Below are positions 19,735 through 28,867 of a stretch of 64,000 nucleotides of DNA, piece by piece (within the stretch, counting starts at the first letter, position 1; every line of letters begins with the position of its first letter). The stretch is from a virus: positions 1 to 64,000 of the IMG/VR virus record IMGVR_UViG_3300027973_000048; one strand, 5' to 3'. A program made the position numbers and the translations under genes. The notes beneath the pieces are model-generated. The model worked only from the letters and a program-made list of their open reading frames with translations. It had not been told where the DNA came from and ran no database searches.

Positions 19735-19763
19735 ATTATATGCTCATATGGTAGAATTGTCAA
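19735..19763 (-). promoter_or_regulatory. Perfect sigma70 promoter TTGACA-N17-TATAAT (minus strand)
   Basis: TGTCAA 19758-19763, ATTATA 19735-19740. Confidence 0.88.
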
Positions 19764-19773
19764 CTACTTTTTG

Positions 19774-19802
19774 TTGACTTAGGCCAACAAATACAGTATA
19801 CT
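19774..19802 (+). promoter_or_regulatory. sigma70 promoter TTGACT-N17-TATACT, divergent from the previous one
   Basis: 17-nt spacer; followed by TAAGGAG SD. Confidence 0.82.
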
Positions 19803-19822
19803 AGCAAAGTTAAGGAGATAAT

Positions 19823-20080
19823 ATGTCAAGTAGAATGTACGGTCCAGAAGAAAAGGCCAAATTGGAAAAACTCATCAACGAAGGATCCACTGTACTACGT
19901 GAAATTGAAGACCTTCAAGAGGGTCTCAAGGAAACAGTTAAAGCAGTGGCCGAAGAACTCAATGTCAAAACCAGCGTGATCAATCGTGCTATCAAGATTG
20001 CACACAAAGGTGATTGGAGTGCCCATGACAGTGATTGGAAGGAAGTGGAAGCAATTCTAGACATTACCAAAAAAATCTAA
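19823..20080 (+). CDS. T4 DsbA-like dsDNA-binding protein
   Basis: Small helical protein LKETVKAVAEEL...INRAIKIAHK upstream of the polymerase. Confidence 0.6.
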   Translation: MSSRMYGPEEKAKLEKLINEGSTVLREIEDLQEGLKETVKAVAEELNVKTSVINRAIKIAHKGDWSAHDSDWKEVEAILDITKKI

Positions 20081-20307
20081 TGTCCAAAATCAAAGACTCT
20101 ATTATTGAATGGACGTTGACTGCACTACTGATTATTGGCGTGGCATTGACCAGTTTTAATGTCTATCCATTAAATTTATGGGTGTGTTTAGCCGGCAATA
20201 TTGGATGGATATATCTAGCATGGTGTTGGCGTAAATGGAGTTTATTTGTAGTGCAATTGATAATCACTGTCATTTACATTTTAGGCATAAGTAAAGTATA
20301 CTTGTAA
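20080..20307 (+). CDS. Small membrane protein (3 TM, PnuC-like half-unit)
   Basis: TAATG overlap start MSKIKDS; three hydrophobic helices, YPLN motif. Confidence 0.6.
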   Translation: MSKIKDSIIEWTLTALLIIGVALTSFNVYPLNLWVCLAGNIGWIYLAWCWRKWSLFVVQLIITVIYILGISKVYL

Positions 20308-20311
20308 GGCA

Positions 20312-20358
20312 AGCAGGCCATAATCTGCTCAATCGGTATTTGTCTGCCACAAAAGACA
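20312..20358 (+). promoter_or_regulatory. Twin 5-bp-stem / 8-nt-loop hairpins; candidate polymerase translational operator
   Basis: AGCAG-GCCATAAT-CTGCT and TGTCT-GCCACAAA-AGACA just before the AGGAG SD. Confidence 0.6.
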
Positions 20359-20369
20359 TAGGAGAGTTT

Positions 20370-23036
20370 ATGTACGTCGATGCTTATTTCGACCGTGACA
20401 ATGATATTGTCAGGGTTGTGGAACGTAACCGTGATGGTAAAAGAGAATATAAAGATATTCCTGGCCGTTACACGTTATATTATGATGATCCCAAAGGCAA
20501 GTACACTAGCATTTACGGCAATACCGTAAACAAAATCACTTGTAAAACACTAAAGGATTTTCATAAAGAACTAAAGATTAATTCAAATAAAAAAATCTAC
20601 GAAGCAGATATCAATCAAGTATTTGTCTGTTTGAGTGATAACTATCTCAACGCCGATGCGCCCAAACTTAATGTGGCATTTTTTGACATCGAAGTAGACT
20701 TTGATCCAGAACGTGGCTATGCAAGCCCAGATGATGCATTTATGCCTATCACTGCTATCAGTGTACACTTACAATGGCTAGATACACTGATTTGTTTAGC
20801 AGTGCCGCCCAAAGGTATGAGCGTTGAAAAGGCTGAGGAACTAGTCAAGGAACTTCCCAACACATATATCTTCAGTAATGAAGCTGATATGTTGGACACA
20901 TTCTTAAACTTAATTGAAGACGCTGACGTATTAACTGGTTGGAACAGTGAGGGCTACGATATACCCTACACTGTTAACCGTGTGACCAAAGCATTGAGTA
21001 AGGACGATACTAGACGTCTTTGTCTATGGAATCATTATCCTAGACGAAGAGAATATGAAAAATACGGCAAAAAAGCAGTCACTTATGATCTTGTAGGGCG
21101 TGTACACTTAGACAGTTTGGAATTATATCGACGTTACACTTATGAGGAACGTCATACTTACAGATTAGACGCCATTGGTGAAATGGAGATTGGTGAACGT
21201 AAAACTGTCTATGAGGGTACACTGGATCAACTTTATAACAATGACTTTAAAACGTTCATTGAATACAATCGTCAAGACTGTGCTCTATTAGACAAGCTAG
21301 ATAAAAAACTTAAATTTATCGACTTAGCTAATACATTGGCACATGAAAATACTGTGCTACTACAGACTACTATGGGTGCTGTAGCAGTTACTGAGCAGGC
21401 CATTATCAATGAGGCACATCGTAAAGGTGTGGTCGTCCCCAATAGAACTAAAATGAGCGAGCGTGAGGATACTGCGGCAGCAGGTGCTTATGTTGCTCAT
21501 CCCAAAGAAGGCATTCATGACTGGATTGGTTCAGTTGATATTAACAGTCTATATCCATCAGCCATTAGAGCACTTAATATGGGACCAGAAACTATTATTG
21601 GTCAATTGCGTCCCAATCTAACTGATCAATATATCTATGATCAAATAAACGATCATAAGAAAAGTTTTGCTGGTGCTTGGGAAGGTAAATTTGGTTCATT
21701 AGAATATGAAGCAGTAATGAACAAAGAGATTGGCACTGAAATTGTCATTGACTGGGAAAATGGAGAAACTGATGTAGTCAGTGCCGCTGAAACATATAAA
21801 CTAATTTTTGACAGCAATCAACCTTGGATGTTGAGTGCTAACGGTACAATTTTTACTTATGAAAAAGAAGGAGTTATTCCTGGCCTACTAAAACGCTGGT
21901 ATAGTGAACGTAAAGAAATGCAGGCCAAACTAAGGGAGGCCATAAATGCTGGTAACAAAATTGATGAAGAGTATTGGGATAAACGCCAATTGGTTAAGAA
22001 AATTAACCTCAATAGTCTTTACGGTGCTATTCTTAATCCTGGCTGCCGCTTTTTTGATAAGCGTATTGGTCAATCAACCACGCTCACAGGCAGACAAGTT
22101 GCCAAGCACATGGCTGCTAAGGTAAATGAAATCATCACAGGAAAATATGACCATGTAGGCAAAGCTATCATTTACGGTGACACTGACTCAGCATATTTTA
22201 GCGCATATAAAACACTAAAAAATGAAATTGAAAAAGGTACCGTACCTTGGAGTAAGGACAATGTCATCTTCCTATATGATCAAATTGCCGATGAAGTCAA
22301 CGGCACTTTTGCACAATTTATGTTGGATGCTTTTCATTGTCCAAAGAGTCGTGGTGAAGTCATTAAGGCGGGTAGAGAACTAGTGGCTACCAAAGGATTG
22401 TTTATTGCTAAAAAGCGTTATGCAGTATTATATTATGATAAAGAAGGCAAACGCACTGATGTCAATGACAAGCCTGGCAAGATTAAGGCCATGGGACTAG
22501 ACTTGAAGCGCAGTGATACTCCAGAATTTATTCAAGACTTTTTAAGCAAAGTCTTAGAAATGGTTCTAACTGGCAGCGAAGAACGAGAAGTCATTGACTA
22601 TATTAATGAATTCAGAACTGAATTTAAACTTCGTCCTGGTTGGGAGAAGGGCAGTCCTAAACGTGCCAACAATATTACTGAATATCAGATAAAAGAAAAC
22701 AAACCAGGTAAGGCCAATTTACCAGGGCACGTTCGTGCAAGCCTTAATTGGAACAACTTAAAAACTATGAACAGTGACAAATATTCCATGAGTATTACTG
22801 ATGGTGCCAAAGTTGTTGTGTGCAAACTAAAAAACAATCCACTAAATTATACTTCAGTGGCTTATCCAGTGGATGAATTGAGATTACCTCAATGGTTTAA
22901 GGATTTGCCATTTGATCACGATGGTATGGAAAATTCCATCATTGATAACAAATTAGAAAACTTAATCAGTGTGCTAGGATGGAATTTCCAAAGCACTGAA
23001 GAAACGAACACATTCAATAAGTTTTTTAATTTTTAA
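20370..23036 (+). CDS. DNA polymerase family B (T4 gp43-like)
   Basis: Exo motifs FFDIE, GWNS.GYD; pol motifs DINSLYPS, KxxxNSLYG, YGDTDS, KKRY; start chosen by SD at 20360-20364. Confidence 0.96.
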   Translation: MYVDAYFDRDNDIVRVVERNRDGKREYKDIPGRYTLYYDDPKGKYTSIYGNTVNKITCKTLKDFHKELKINSNKKIYEADINQVFVCLSDNYLNADAPKLNVAFFDIEVDFDPERGYASPDDAFMPITAISVHLQWLDTLICLAVPPKGMSVEKAEELVKELPNTYIFSNEADMLDTFLNLIEDADVLTGWNSEGYDIPYTVNRVTKALSKDDTRRLCLWNHYPRRREYEKYGKKAVTYDLVGRVHLDSLELYRRYTYEERHTYRLDAIGEMEIGERKTVYEGTLDQLYNNDFKTFIEYNRQDCALLDKLDKKLKFIDLANTLAHENTVLLQTTMGAVAVTEQAIINEAHRKGVVVPNRTKMSEREDTAAAGAYVAHPKEGIHDWIGSVDINSLYPSAIRALNMGPETIIGQLRPNLTDQYIYDQINDHKKSFAGAWEGKFGSLEYEAVMNKEIGTEIVIDWENGETDVVSAAETYKLIFDSNQPWMLSANGTIFTYEKEGVIPGLLKRWYSERKEMQAKLREAINAGNKIDEEYWDKRQLVKKINLNSLYGAILNPGCRFFDKRIGQSTTLTGRQVAKHMAAKVNEIITGKYDHVGKAIIYGDTDSAYFSAYKTLKNEIEKGTVPWSKDNVIFLYDQIADEVNGTFAQFMLDAFHCPKSRGEVIKAGRELVATKGLFIAKKRYAVLYYDKEGKRTDVNDKPGKIKAMGLDLKRSDTPEFIQDFLSKVLEMVLTGSEEREVIDYINEFRTEFKLRPGWEKGSPKRANNITEYQIKENKPGKANLPGHVRASLNWNNLKTMNSDKYSMSITDGAKVVVCKLKNNPLNYTSVAYPVDELRLPQWFKDLPFDHDGMENSIIDNKLENLISVLGWNFQSTEETNTFNKFFNF

Positions 23037-23039
23037 AAC

Positions 23040-23068
23040 TTGACAGAAGACTTTTTTCTAAATAAAAT
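23040..23068 (+). promoter_or_regulatory. Composite promoter: TTGACA-N17-TAAAAT with overlapping late TAAATA
   Basis: TTGACA 23040-23045, TAAATA 23059-23064, TAAAAT 23063-23068. Confidence 0.75.
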
Positions 23069-23085
23069 TAACAAAGGAGAATATT

Positions 23086-23817
23086 ATGATTAAAGACATT
23101 TTAACAGATATCGTAGCACATACTCATGCATTGGGGTTTTTAACAACCATTAAAATTACCAGTGATGACAAAGAAACTGTAATTGACGGTATCTCTGAAG
23201 ACAAAGGCGTGATCTTTAATGCCAAAATGAAAAATCCAGTAGCCGAATTTGAAGGCACGTTTGGCATGACTAATCTTGACAAATTAAATTTGCATTTGAA
23301 AAGTCCTGAGTACAAAGAAAACGCTACCATTGAAGTGGTAAAAAATTCTAAAGCTAAAGGTTCTGCACCAAGCAATTTATATTTTGAAAATGAAACTGGC
23401 GACTTTACCAATGAATTTAGATTCATGTCAACTCAGACAATTAATTCTGTTATTAAGCCACTTTCATTCAAAGGTGCAAAATGGGATATTTCATTTACCC
23501 CTAGCGTAATTGCTATTCAAAGATTGAAATTACAAGCCCAAGTACATTCTAGTGAAACAAAATTTACTACCACTGTGGATAATAAAAACCTTGTATGCAG
23601 CTTTGGCGATGCCAGCACTCATGCTGGTAACTTTATTTTTCAAACTAATGTTACCAAACTTAAAAATGAACTAAAATGGCCAATTCAACAAATTATATCA
23701 ATCCTAAGTTTGAGTGGTGACTGCACTATGCACATTTCAGATGAAGGACTTATGATGATCACTATTGACAGCGGCATTGGTGAATACAACTATATTTTAC
23801 CAGCACAAACAAAATAA
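23086..23817 (+). CDS. Sliding clamp (gp45-like)
   Basis: 243 aa, alternating beta/alpha pattern, YNYILPA end, directly after polB. Confidence 0.75.
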   Translation: MIKDILTDIVAHTHALGFLTTIKITSDDKETVIDGISEDKGVIFNAKMKNPVAEFEGTFGMTNLDKLNLHLKSPEYKENATIEVVKNSKAKGSAPSNLYFENETGDFTNEFRFMSTQTINSVIKPLSFKGAKWDISFTPSVIAIQRLKLQAQVHSSETKFTTTVDNKNLVCSFGDASTHAGNFIFQTNVTKLKNELKWPIQQIISILSLSGDCTMHISDEGLMMITIDSGIGEYNYILPAQTK

Positions 23818-23826
23818 TAACCCTTC

Positions 23827-25386
23827 ATGAACACTAACCTAACATCAACACAACTAGATTACGCTAAGTTTCTACCAGCAACTAGTACTTTTTATGCTAC
23901 CTTTATAGGTAAACAACGCTATTTCAATTACGTTGACCCAGCACGTATACCTAAAAGTTTTAAAAATGGCATAGAAAGTATGAACTATTTGGATCCAATA
24001 AAAGGTCAATTTTACTATGAATGGTGCCTTTATAGTGCTGGTCATGCTAATTTAGACTTGTCTAAACCCTGTGAAAGGGAGGACATGTTCCGTAATCGTG
24101 ATCGTAATACTAGTTGGGTGTTAGGTGACAGTGGTGGATTCCAAATTGGTAAGGGCAAATGGGAAGGCGATTGGAAAAACCCTAATTGCCCTAAGGCTCA
24201 AAAGAAACGCAGTCAAGTATTAAACTGGATGGACAGTTTAATGGACTATGGTATGAGTTTAGATATTCCCAGTTGGGTTGGGCGTATTCCAGAGAATGCT
24301 CAAAAAACTGGCATCAATGACTTTAACGAAGCTGTACAAGGTACTCATATCAATAATGAATACTTTATACGCAATAGAAATGGTCGTTGCAAGTTTTTAA
24401 ATGTATTACAAGGTGAAGATCACGGTCAAGCAGATAACTGGTATAAAGAAATGAAAAAATATTCTGATCCAAAACAATATCCAGACGCACACTTTAATGG
24501 GTGGGCAATGGGTGGTCAGAATATGTGTGACATTGATCTGGTACTAAGTCGCTTAGTTGAACTGCGATTTGACGGGTTGTTGGAAAAAGGTGTGCAAGAT
24601 TGGATGCACTTTTTGGGAACTAGTAAATTAGACTGGGCTGTCATGCTCACCGACATCCAACGAGCAGTGAGAAAATATCATAATCCTAACTTTACTATTA
24701 GTTTTGACTGTGCCAGTCCATTTTTGGCCACAGCAAATGGTCAAATTTATTATCAGACAGAAACTAAGGATAAATCCAAATGGACTTATAGAATGGGCGC
24801 TGGTGCTGATGATAAAAAATACAAAGCTGATCGTAGATTTTATAAAAACGCAGTGCTACAAGATAAAATTTTGGACATATTTGAAAGCAGTCCTATTATA
24901 GACAAGATTAGACTAAATGAAATCTGTGTTTATGGCCCGGGTGATTTGAATAAAGTTGGCCAAAGTAATAAAACCAGCTGGGATAGTTTTAGTTATGGCA
25001 TTATGATGGGTCATAATGTATGGCATCATATCAATGCTGTACAAGAAGCTAATAGACAATATGACTCAGGAATTAGTCCCAATATGCTATACCCTAAAGG
25101 ATTTACTTCAGAATCATTTAGAGACATTGTTGACGAAATTTTTGCTACTAGTGACAAAGGCAAAGCACTTGATCTAATCAAAAAAAAATATTCATATTTT
25201 TGGAAATACGTTATTGGTACTAGAGGAGTTAGCGGAGATCGTGCTGTTAGCCCAATTCCTAATTATAATAAATTTTTTACTGAATTGAATGTCGAAATTA
25301 AAGAAGAATTTGATGAGGAAGATGCACTCAAACTAGAAGCATTAGTAAATGAATTTGAACATGAGGAGAACAATGAAACCACTTAG
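23827..25386 (+). CDS. dpdA: TGT-fold transglycosylase, DpdA-like (7-deazaguanine insertion into DNA)
   Basis: LGDSGGFQ, LDIP, VLQG, GWAMGG, HFLG and SFDCASP motifs; clustered with folE and queE. Confidence 0.78.
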   Translation: MNTNLTSTQLDYAKFLPATSTFYATFIGKQRYFNYVDPARIPKSFKNGIESMNYLDPIKGQFYYEWCLYSAGHANLDLSKPCEREDMFRNRDRNTSWVLGDSGGFQIGKGKWEGDWKNPNCPKAQKKRSQVLNWMDSLMDYGMSLDIPSWVGRIPENAQKTGINDFNEAVQGTHINNEYFIRNRNGRCKFLNVLQGEDHGQADNWYKEMKKYSDPKQYPDAHFNGWAMGGQNMCDIDLVLSRLVELRFDGLLEKGVQDWMHFLGTSKLDWAVMLTDIQRAVRKYHNPNFTISFDCASPFLATANGQIYYQTETKDKSKWTYRMGAGADDKKYKADRRFYKNAVLQDKILDIFESSPIIDKIRLNEICVYGPGDLNKVGQSNKTSWDSFSYGIMMGHNVWHHINAVQEANRQYDSGISPNMLYPKGFTSESFRDIVDEIFATSDKGKALDLIKKKYSYFWKYVIGTRGVSGDRAVSPIPNYNKFFTELNVEIKEEFDEEDALKLEALVNEFEHEENNETT

Positions 25387-26266
25387 TCTTATCATAGGCA
25401 TGGGCATTGGAGAACTGTACCGATCTGTGCTAGAACAACTGGATCATAGTATCGTAACTGTGGATAGTGATGCCAATAAACATGCCGACTACACCACAGT
25501 AGAACAAGCTCTAGATGACTATGAACAGTTTGATACTGTGCATATTTGTACGCCCAATTATACTCACGAAGCTATTGCATACCTAGTAGCACCAAAAGCT
25601 AAGATAGTTTTTATAGAAAAACCAGGACTAATCACAGCAGATGCTTGGGACAAACTACTAGACACCAATCCCAACACAAGAATCATGATGGTGAAAAACA
25701 ATCAATATCGTGATGAGATTGAAGAATTGCAAACTCTTGCTGCTGCCAGTGTAATTGTCAATGTTAATTGGATTAATCATGATCGTGTACCTAATCCAGG
25801 AACTTGGTTTACTAACAAAGAATTGGCTTTTGGCGGAGTTAGTCGTGATCTTATGCCACATTTACTCAGCTTATGGATCGCTTTAGATTATAACTATGAC
25901 GAGGCAGATCGTGTACGCAAGGATGTTAGACAACGCTGGCAACTAACTGATATTACTAACACAAACTATGGAGCTGTCAACAAAGAAGGAGTGTATAATG
26001 TAGACGACTATTGTAGATTAGGCTTCTTTGGTGAAGAAACTATGTGGACATTCACAGCAGATTGGCGCAGTCTAAACGGAGATGACATACAAATTGAATT
26101 TGTACTGGATGGAGATAAGAAAATATCCAAACCATTAGGTCTTTGCCCCGAAAGTGCCTACAAAAAGATGATTGAAACTGCAATTGCTAACATTGACGAC
26201 AATGTATTTTGGAATGACCAACATTACCAAGATCAATGGATCCATAAAAAAATCGAGAAACTATGA
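25373..26266 (+). CDS. Gfo/Idh/MocA-family NAD(P) oxidoreductase
   Basis: IIGMGIG Rossmann start, ICTPNYTH, FIEKP, GG..RDLMPH; GAGGAG SD. Confidence 0.85.
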   Translation: MKPLSLIIGMGIGELYRSVLEQLDHSIVTVDSDANKHADYTTVEQALDDYEQFDTVHICTPNYTHEAIAYLVAPKAKIVFIEKPGLITADAWDKLLDTNPNTRIMMVKNNQYRDEIEELQTLAAASVIVNVNWINHDRVPNPGTWFTNKELAFGGVSRDLMPHLLSLWIALDYNYDEADRVRKDVRQRWQLTDITNTNYGAVNKEGVYNVDDYCRLGFFGEETMWTFTADWRSLNGDDIQIEFVLDGDKKISKPLGLCPESAYKKMIETAIANIDDNVFWNDQHYQDQWIHKKIEKL

Positions 26267-27165
26267 ATAGAATACTTGTAACTACAGGACAGGGCGAATT
26301 TGTGGAAAGCGAATATGCTTGCCCAAAACTTGACGCCAACGAAATCGAAGTCAAAAGCATTATGACCGGCGTTTGCCGCAGTGACATTGACATGATGCAA
26401 GGAAACTTTGGGCCACTACCTTTGAATATGCAAGGACACGAAGGTTTAGGCAAGGTCACAAAGGTTGGTACAGCAATTTTTGATGTAAGAGTTGGGGATT
26501 TGGTGGCTACTAGAGGTGAGCCTGCTTACGCTGATCAATATACAGTACGCCAATATGAATATGTAAATGTTCCAGAGGCACATCCACGATATATTATTGA
26601 ACCTGTGGCCTGTGGTGTTAACATTGTTAGCCAAGCACTATCAGAATTGCGATGGCGTCAAGGTGCAAATAGTAAATTATTAATACTGGGCAGCGGATTC
26701 CTAGCTTGGGTTGCTTATCATACTATTACAAATCACTATCACTTAAGATTTGACATTGATGTCATAGGCAATTCCAATCAAGACTTGTGGGGTGATCGAC
26801 TAATACCAAACACCGATAAACAATACGACGTCATAATTGATTTGAGCAGCAAAGGTGATGTATTTGATAAGGATTTATACAAAGATTGTGCCTTGATCAT
26901 TATGGCAGCTGCCAAAACACAACCAGTTAGTACTACTTTTGATAAAATGCTTTGGAAAGCTGTCACTATGGTATTTCCTAGTCCACGCAATTCCAAATTT
27001 CATCAATGTATGAGAGATGCTGTTTGGATGATTGAAAATGGCAAACTTGATGTTGACAAGTTCTGGACAAGAAGCTATAATCGTAACACGGAATGGCAAC
27101 AAGCATTTAAAGACGGTGCAGATCGTCCAGCAAATTACAGCAGAGGTTATATAGAATGGCAATAG
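26263..27165 (+). CDS. Zn-dependent medium-chain (alcohol/polyol) dehydrogenase
   Basis: GVCRSD, GHE, EP.ACG, ILGSGFLA. Confidence 0.85.
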   Translation: MNRILVTTGQGEFVESEYACPKLDANEIEVKSIMTGVCRSDIDMMQGNFGPLPLNMQGHEGLGKVTKVGTAIFDVRVGDLVATRGEPAYADQYTVRQYEYVNVPEAHPRYIIEPVACGVNIVSQALSELRWRQGANSKLLILGSGFLAWVAYHTITNHYHLRFDIDVIGNSNQDLWGDRLIPNTDKQYDVIIDLSSKGDVFDKDLYKDCALIIMAAAKTQPVSTTFDKMLWKAVTMVFPSPRNSKFHQCMRDAVWMIENGKLDVDKFWTRSYNRNTEWQQAFKDGADRPANYSRGYIEWQ

Positions 27166-27659
27166 ATACAGAAGGTAGACAAAACGTAGACTACTTTATT
27201 GGCGTGGAAGTAGAACATACTCCAATGAAAGGTGAACGCACATTGTTCGTAGTTGGTGTTAAACCCGTAGAAGAAATTGTACTAAAGATCAATAATCTTC
27301 GTCATATCTATCTTGGCACTAGTCAAAGTTTTAATCCACAAACTTACGAAGATTGGAAGTCGTGGGATCATATGATCAAGAGCTTGTTAGAACTGGGCTA
27401 TTGGGTGACCTTAGACTTTGATGCCAGCTATGCTCGTGACTTTCACGAAGAAGGCTGGAGTGAGAACGATCATTTCATTCCCATGATCAGTGTGAAACTG
27501 CCATACATTGGCTTGTTTAATTACAACACTACTGTTAAAATTGATGACACAACTTGGGGTGATACTAATCCCGGTGTGTGGACTCACAGTCTACATTCAC
27601 TGATGGATCGTAGTAACTTTACCAGCTGGGACAAATACACAGAGGATACACCAATATGA
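27156..27659 (+). CDS. Hypothetical protein in the DNA-modification cluster
   Basis: 167 aa ORF overlapping both neighbours. Confidence 0.7.
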   Translation: MAIDTEGRQNVDYFIGVEVEHTPMKGERTLFVVGVKPVEEIVLKINNLRHIYLGTSQSFNPQTYEDWKSWDHMIKSLLELGYWVTLDFDASYARDFHEEGWSENDHFIPMISVKLPYIGLFNYNTTVKIDDTTWGDTNPGVWTHSLHSLMDRSNFTSWDKYTEDTPI

Positions 27660-28213
27660 GTAAACCAAAAATTTGTAAAATAAAAAAAAGCTTAATTGGT
27701 ACTAAGGTACCACACCGAGAATCTGGACGCACTGGTCAATTCATTGAAGATGCCCATGCAAAATTAGGGATGCCAGTCCAACCAAATGAAGGTCCTGATT
27801 ATCCAGAGTTTGATTTAGAAATGAAGTCCAAATCAAAAGAATCTAAGTCAGCTTATAGTATTGGCACTATGAGTAGATACAATATTGTAAATACGCCATA
27901 TAGCCAATCGACTATAAAACGAAAGCTTCAACAACACTATCATGTTTATCATAAAGATGAAACTATCACAGATCAAATCACATATGATTTTAGGGCAGAT
28001 GATATCCAAGAAGAATTAGAACGAGCCTACGAAACTGCAAGACAAAAAATTATTAATGGGGATTCTGGCTACGTTTCTGGAACAATGTTTGGATACTTTG
28101 AAGAAAGATCTGATAGTCCTGACAATTATCAATTTAGGATTAGTGTAAAAGGAATGGAAGCACTTAAAAATTTAGAAAATCCAAAATTTAGAGAGTTTTT
28201 TGAATTCATATGA
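27656..28213 (+). CDS. Putative PD-(D/E)xK endonuclease, MutH/Sau3AI-like
   Basis: GRTGQFIE...GPDYPEFDLEMKS matches the G..G..xE...PD....xELK pattern. Confidence 0.6.
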   Translation: MSKPKICKIKKSLIGTKVPHRESGRTGQFIEDAHAKLGMPVQPNEGPDYPEFDLEMKSKSKESKSAYSIGTMSRYNIVNTPYSQSTIKRKLQQHYHVYHKDETITDQITYDFRADDIQEELERAYETARQKIINGDSGYVSGTMFGYFEERSDSPDNYQFRISVKGMEALKNLENPKFREFFEFI

Positions 28214-28599
28214 TTATTAAACAAGACGTTCGACCCAATAAAATGATTTGGGTGACCTTCCGTAAAGAAGGCATCCATTGTTATCCGGCAGCCGCCACAG
28301 ATCCCACACTGGCCACAGGTGATGAATATGATGTATCGTTTCTTGCTAACCCTCACCGTCATATATTTCATTTTTGTGTTTGGCTTTCAGTTACCCACAA
28401 TGATCGTGACGTTGAATTTATCCAATTCAAACGCTGGCTCGAAAACCTATTTGCCCAAGGGACTATGACCCTTGACTACAAGAGTTGTGAAATGATGTCA
28501 GATGAACTTTATGACATCATTCACACAAAGTATCCTGACCGTGAAGTCTGGATTGAAGTCTCCGAAGACGGAGAGAATGGTTCGTTTATTAAATATTAA
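28210..28599 (+). CDS. QueD/PTPS-fold paralog, DpdL type (putative CDG decarboxylase)
   Basis: H-x-Y/W, LANPHRHIF (LxxxHRHxF rather than QueD CxxxHGH), SCE, VSEDGENG. Confidence 0.7.
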   Translation: MIIKQDVRPNKMIWVTFRKEGIHCYPAAATDPTLATGDEYDVSFLANPHRHIFHFCVWLSVTHNDRDVEFIQFKRWLENLFAQGTMTLDYKSCEMMSDELYDIIHTKYPDREVWIEVSEDGENGSFIKY

Positions 28600-28621
28600 C
28601 CCTTAATTTTTAGGAAAGAAA

Positions 28622-28867
28622 ATGGCACAACCCGCATGGCTTAACAAGTATCTTACTTTTAAACCCGAAGTACACAAAATCTTCGATGATCTTGAAGCCT
28701 ATCACGACTGGTGCAGGTTTGAATTGGCACCTTTTAACGAAGCTGATCTTTACAAAAAGAACAGTCCAGTATATAGTGCTTACATGAACAGTAAACGACC
28801 ACGCAAGCCTTATCAAGGTAAAAATGCTGGACAAGGACGTAAGCGTGAGCAAAATATTCCTAGTTGA
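28622..28867 (+). CDS. Hypothetical protein
   Basis: AGGA SD; 81 aa. Confidence 0.65.
   Translation: MAQPAWLNKYLTFKPEVHKIFDDLEAYHDWCRFELAPFNEADLYKKNSPVYSAYMNSKRPRKPYQGKNAGQGRKREQNIPS

Noticed and set aside
23827-25386. Calling this a tRNA-guanine transglycosylase for queuosine
   Set aside because: No C-terminal CxCxxC...H zinc site of bacterial Tgt, no queC/queF/queA, and it sits next to the clamp and polymerase; a DNA target is more likely, though unproven.
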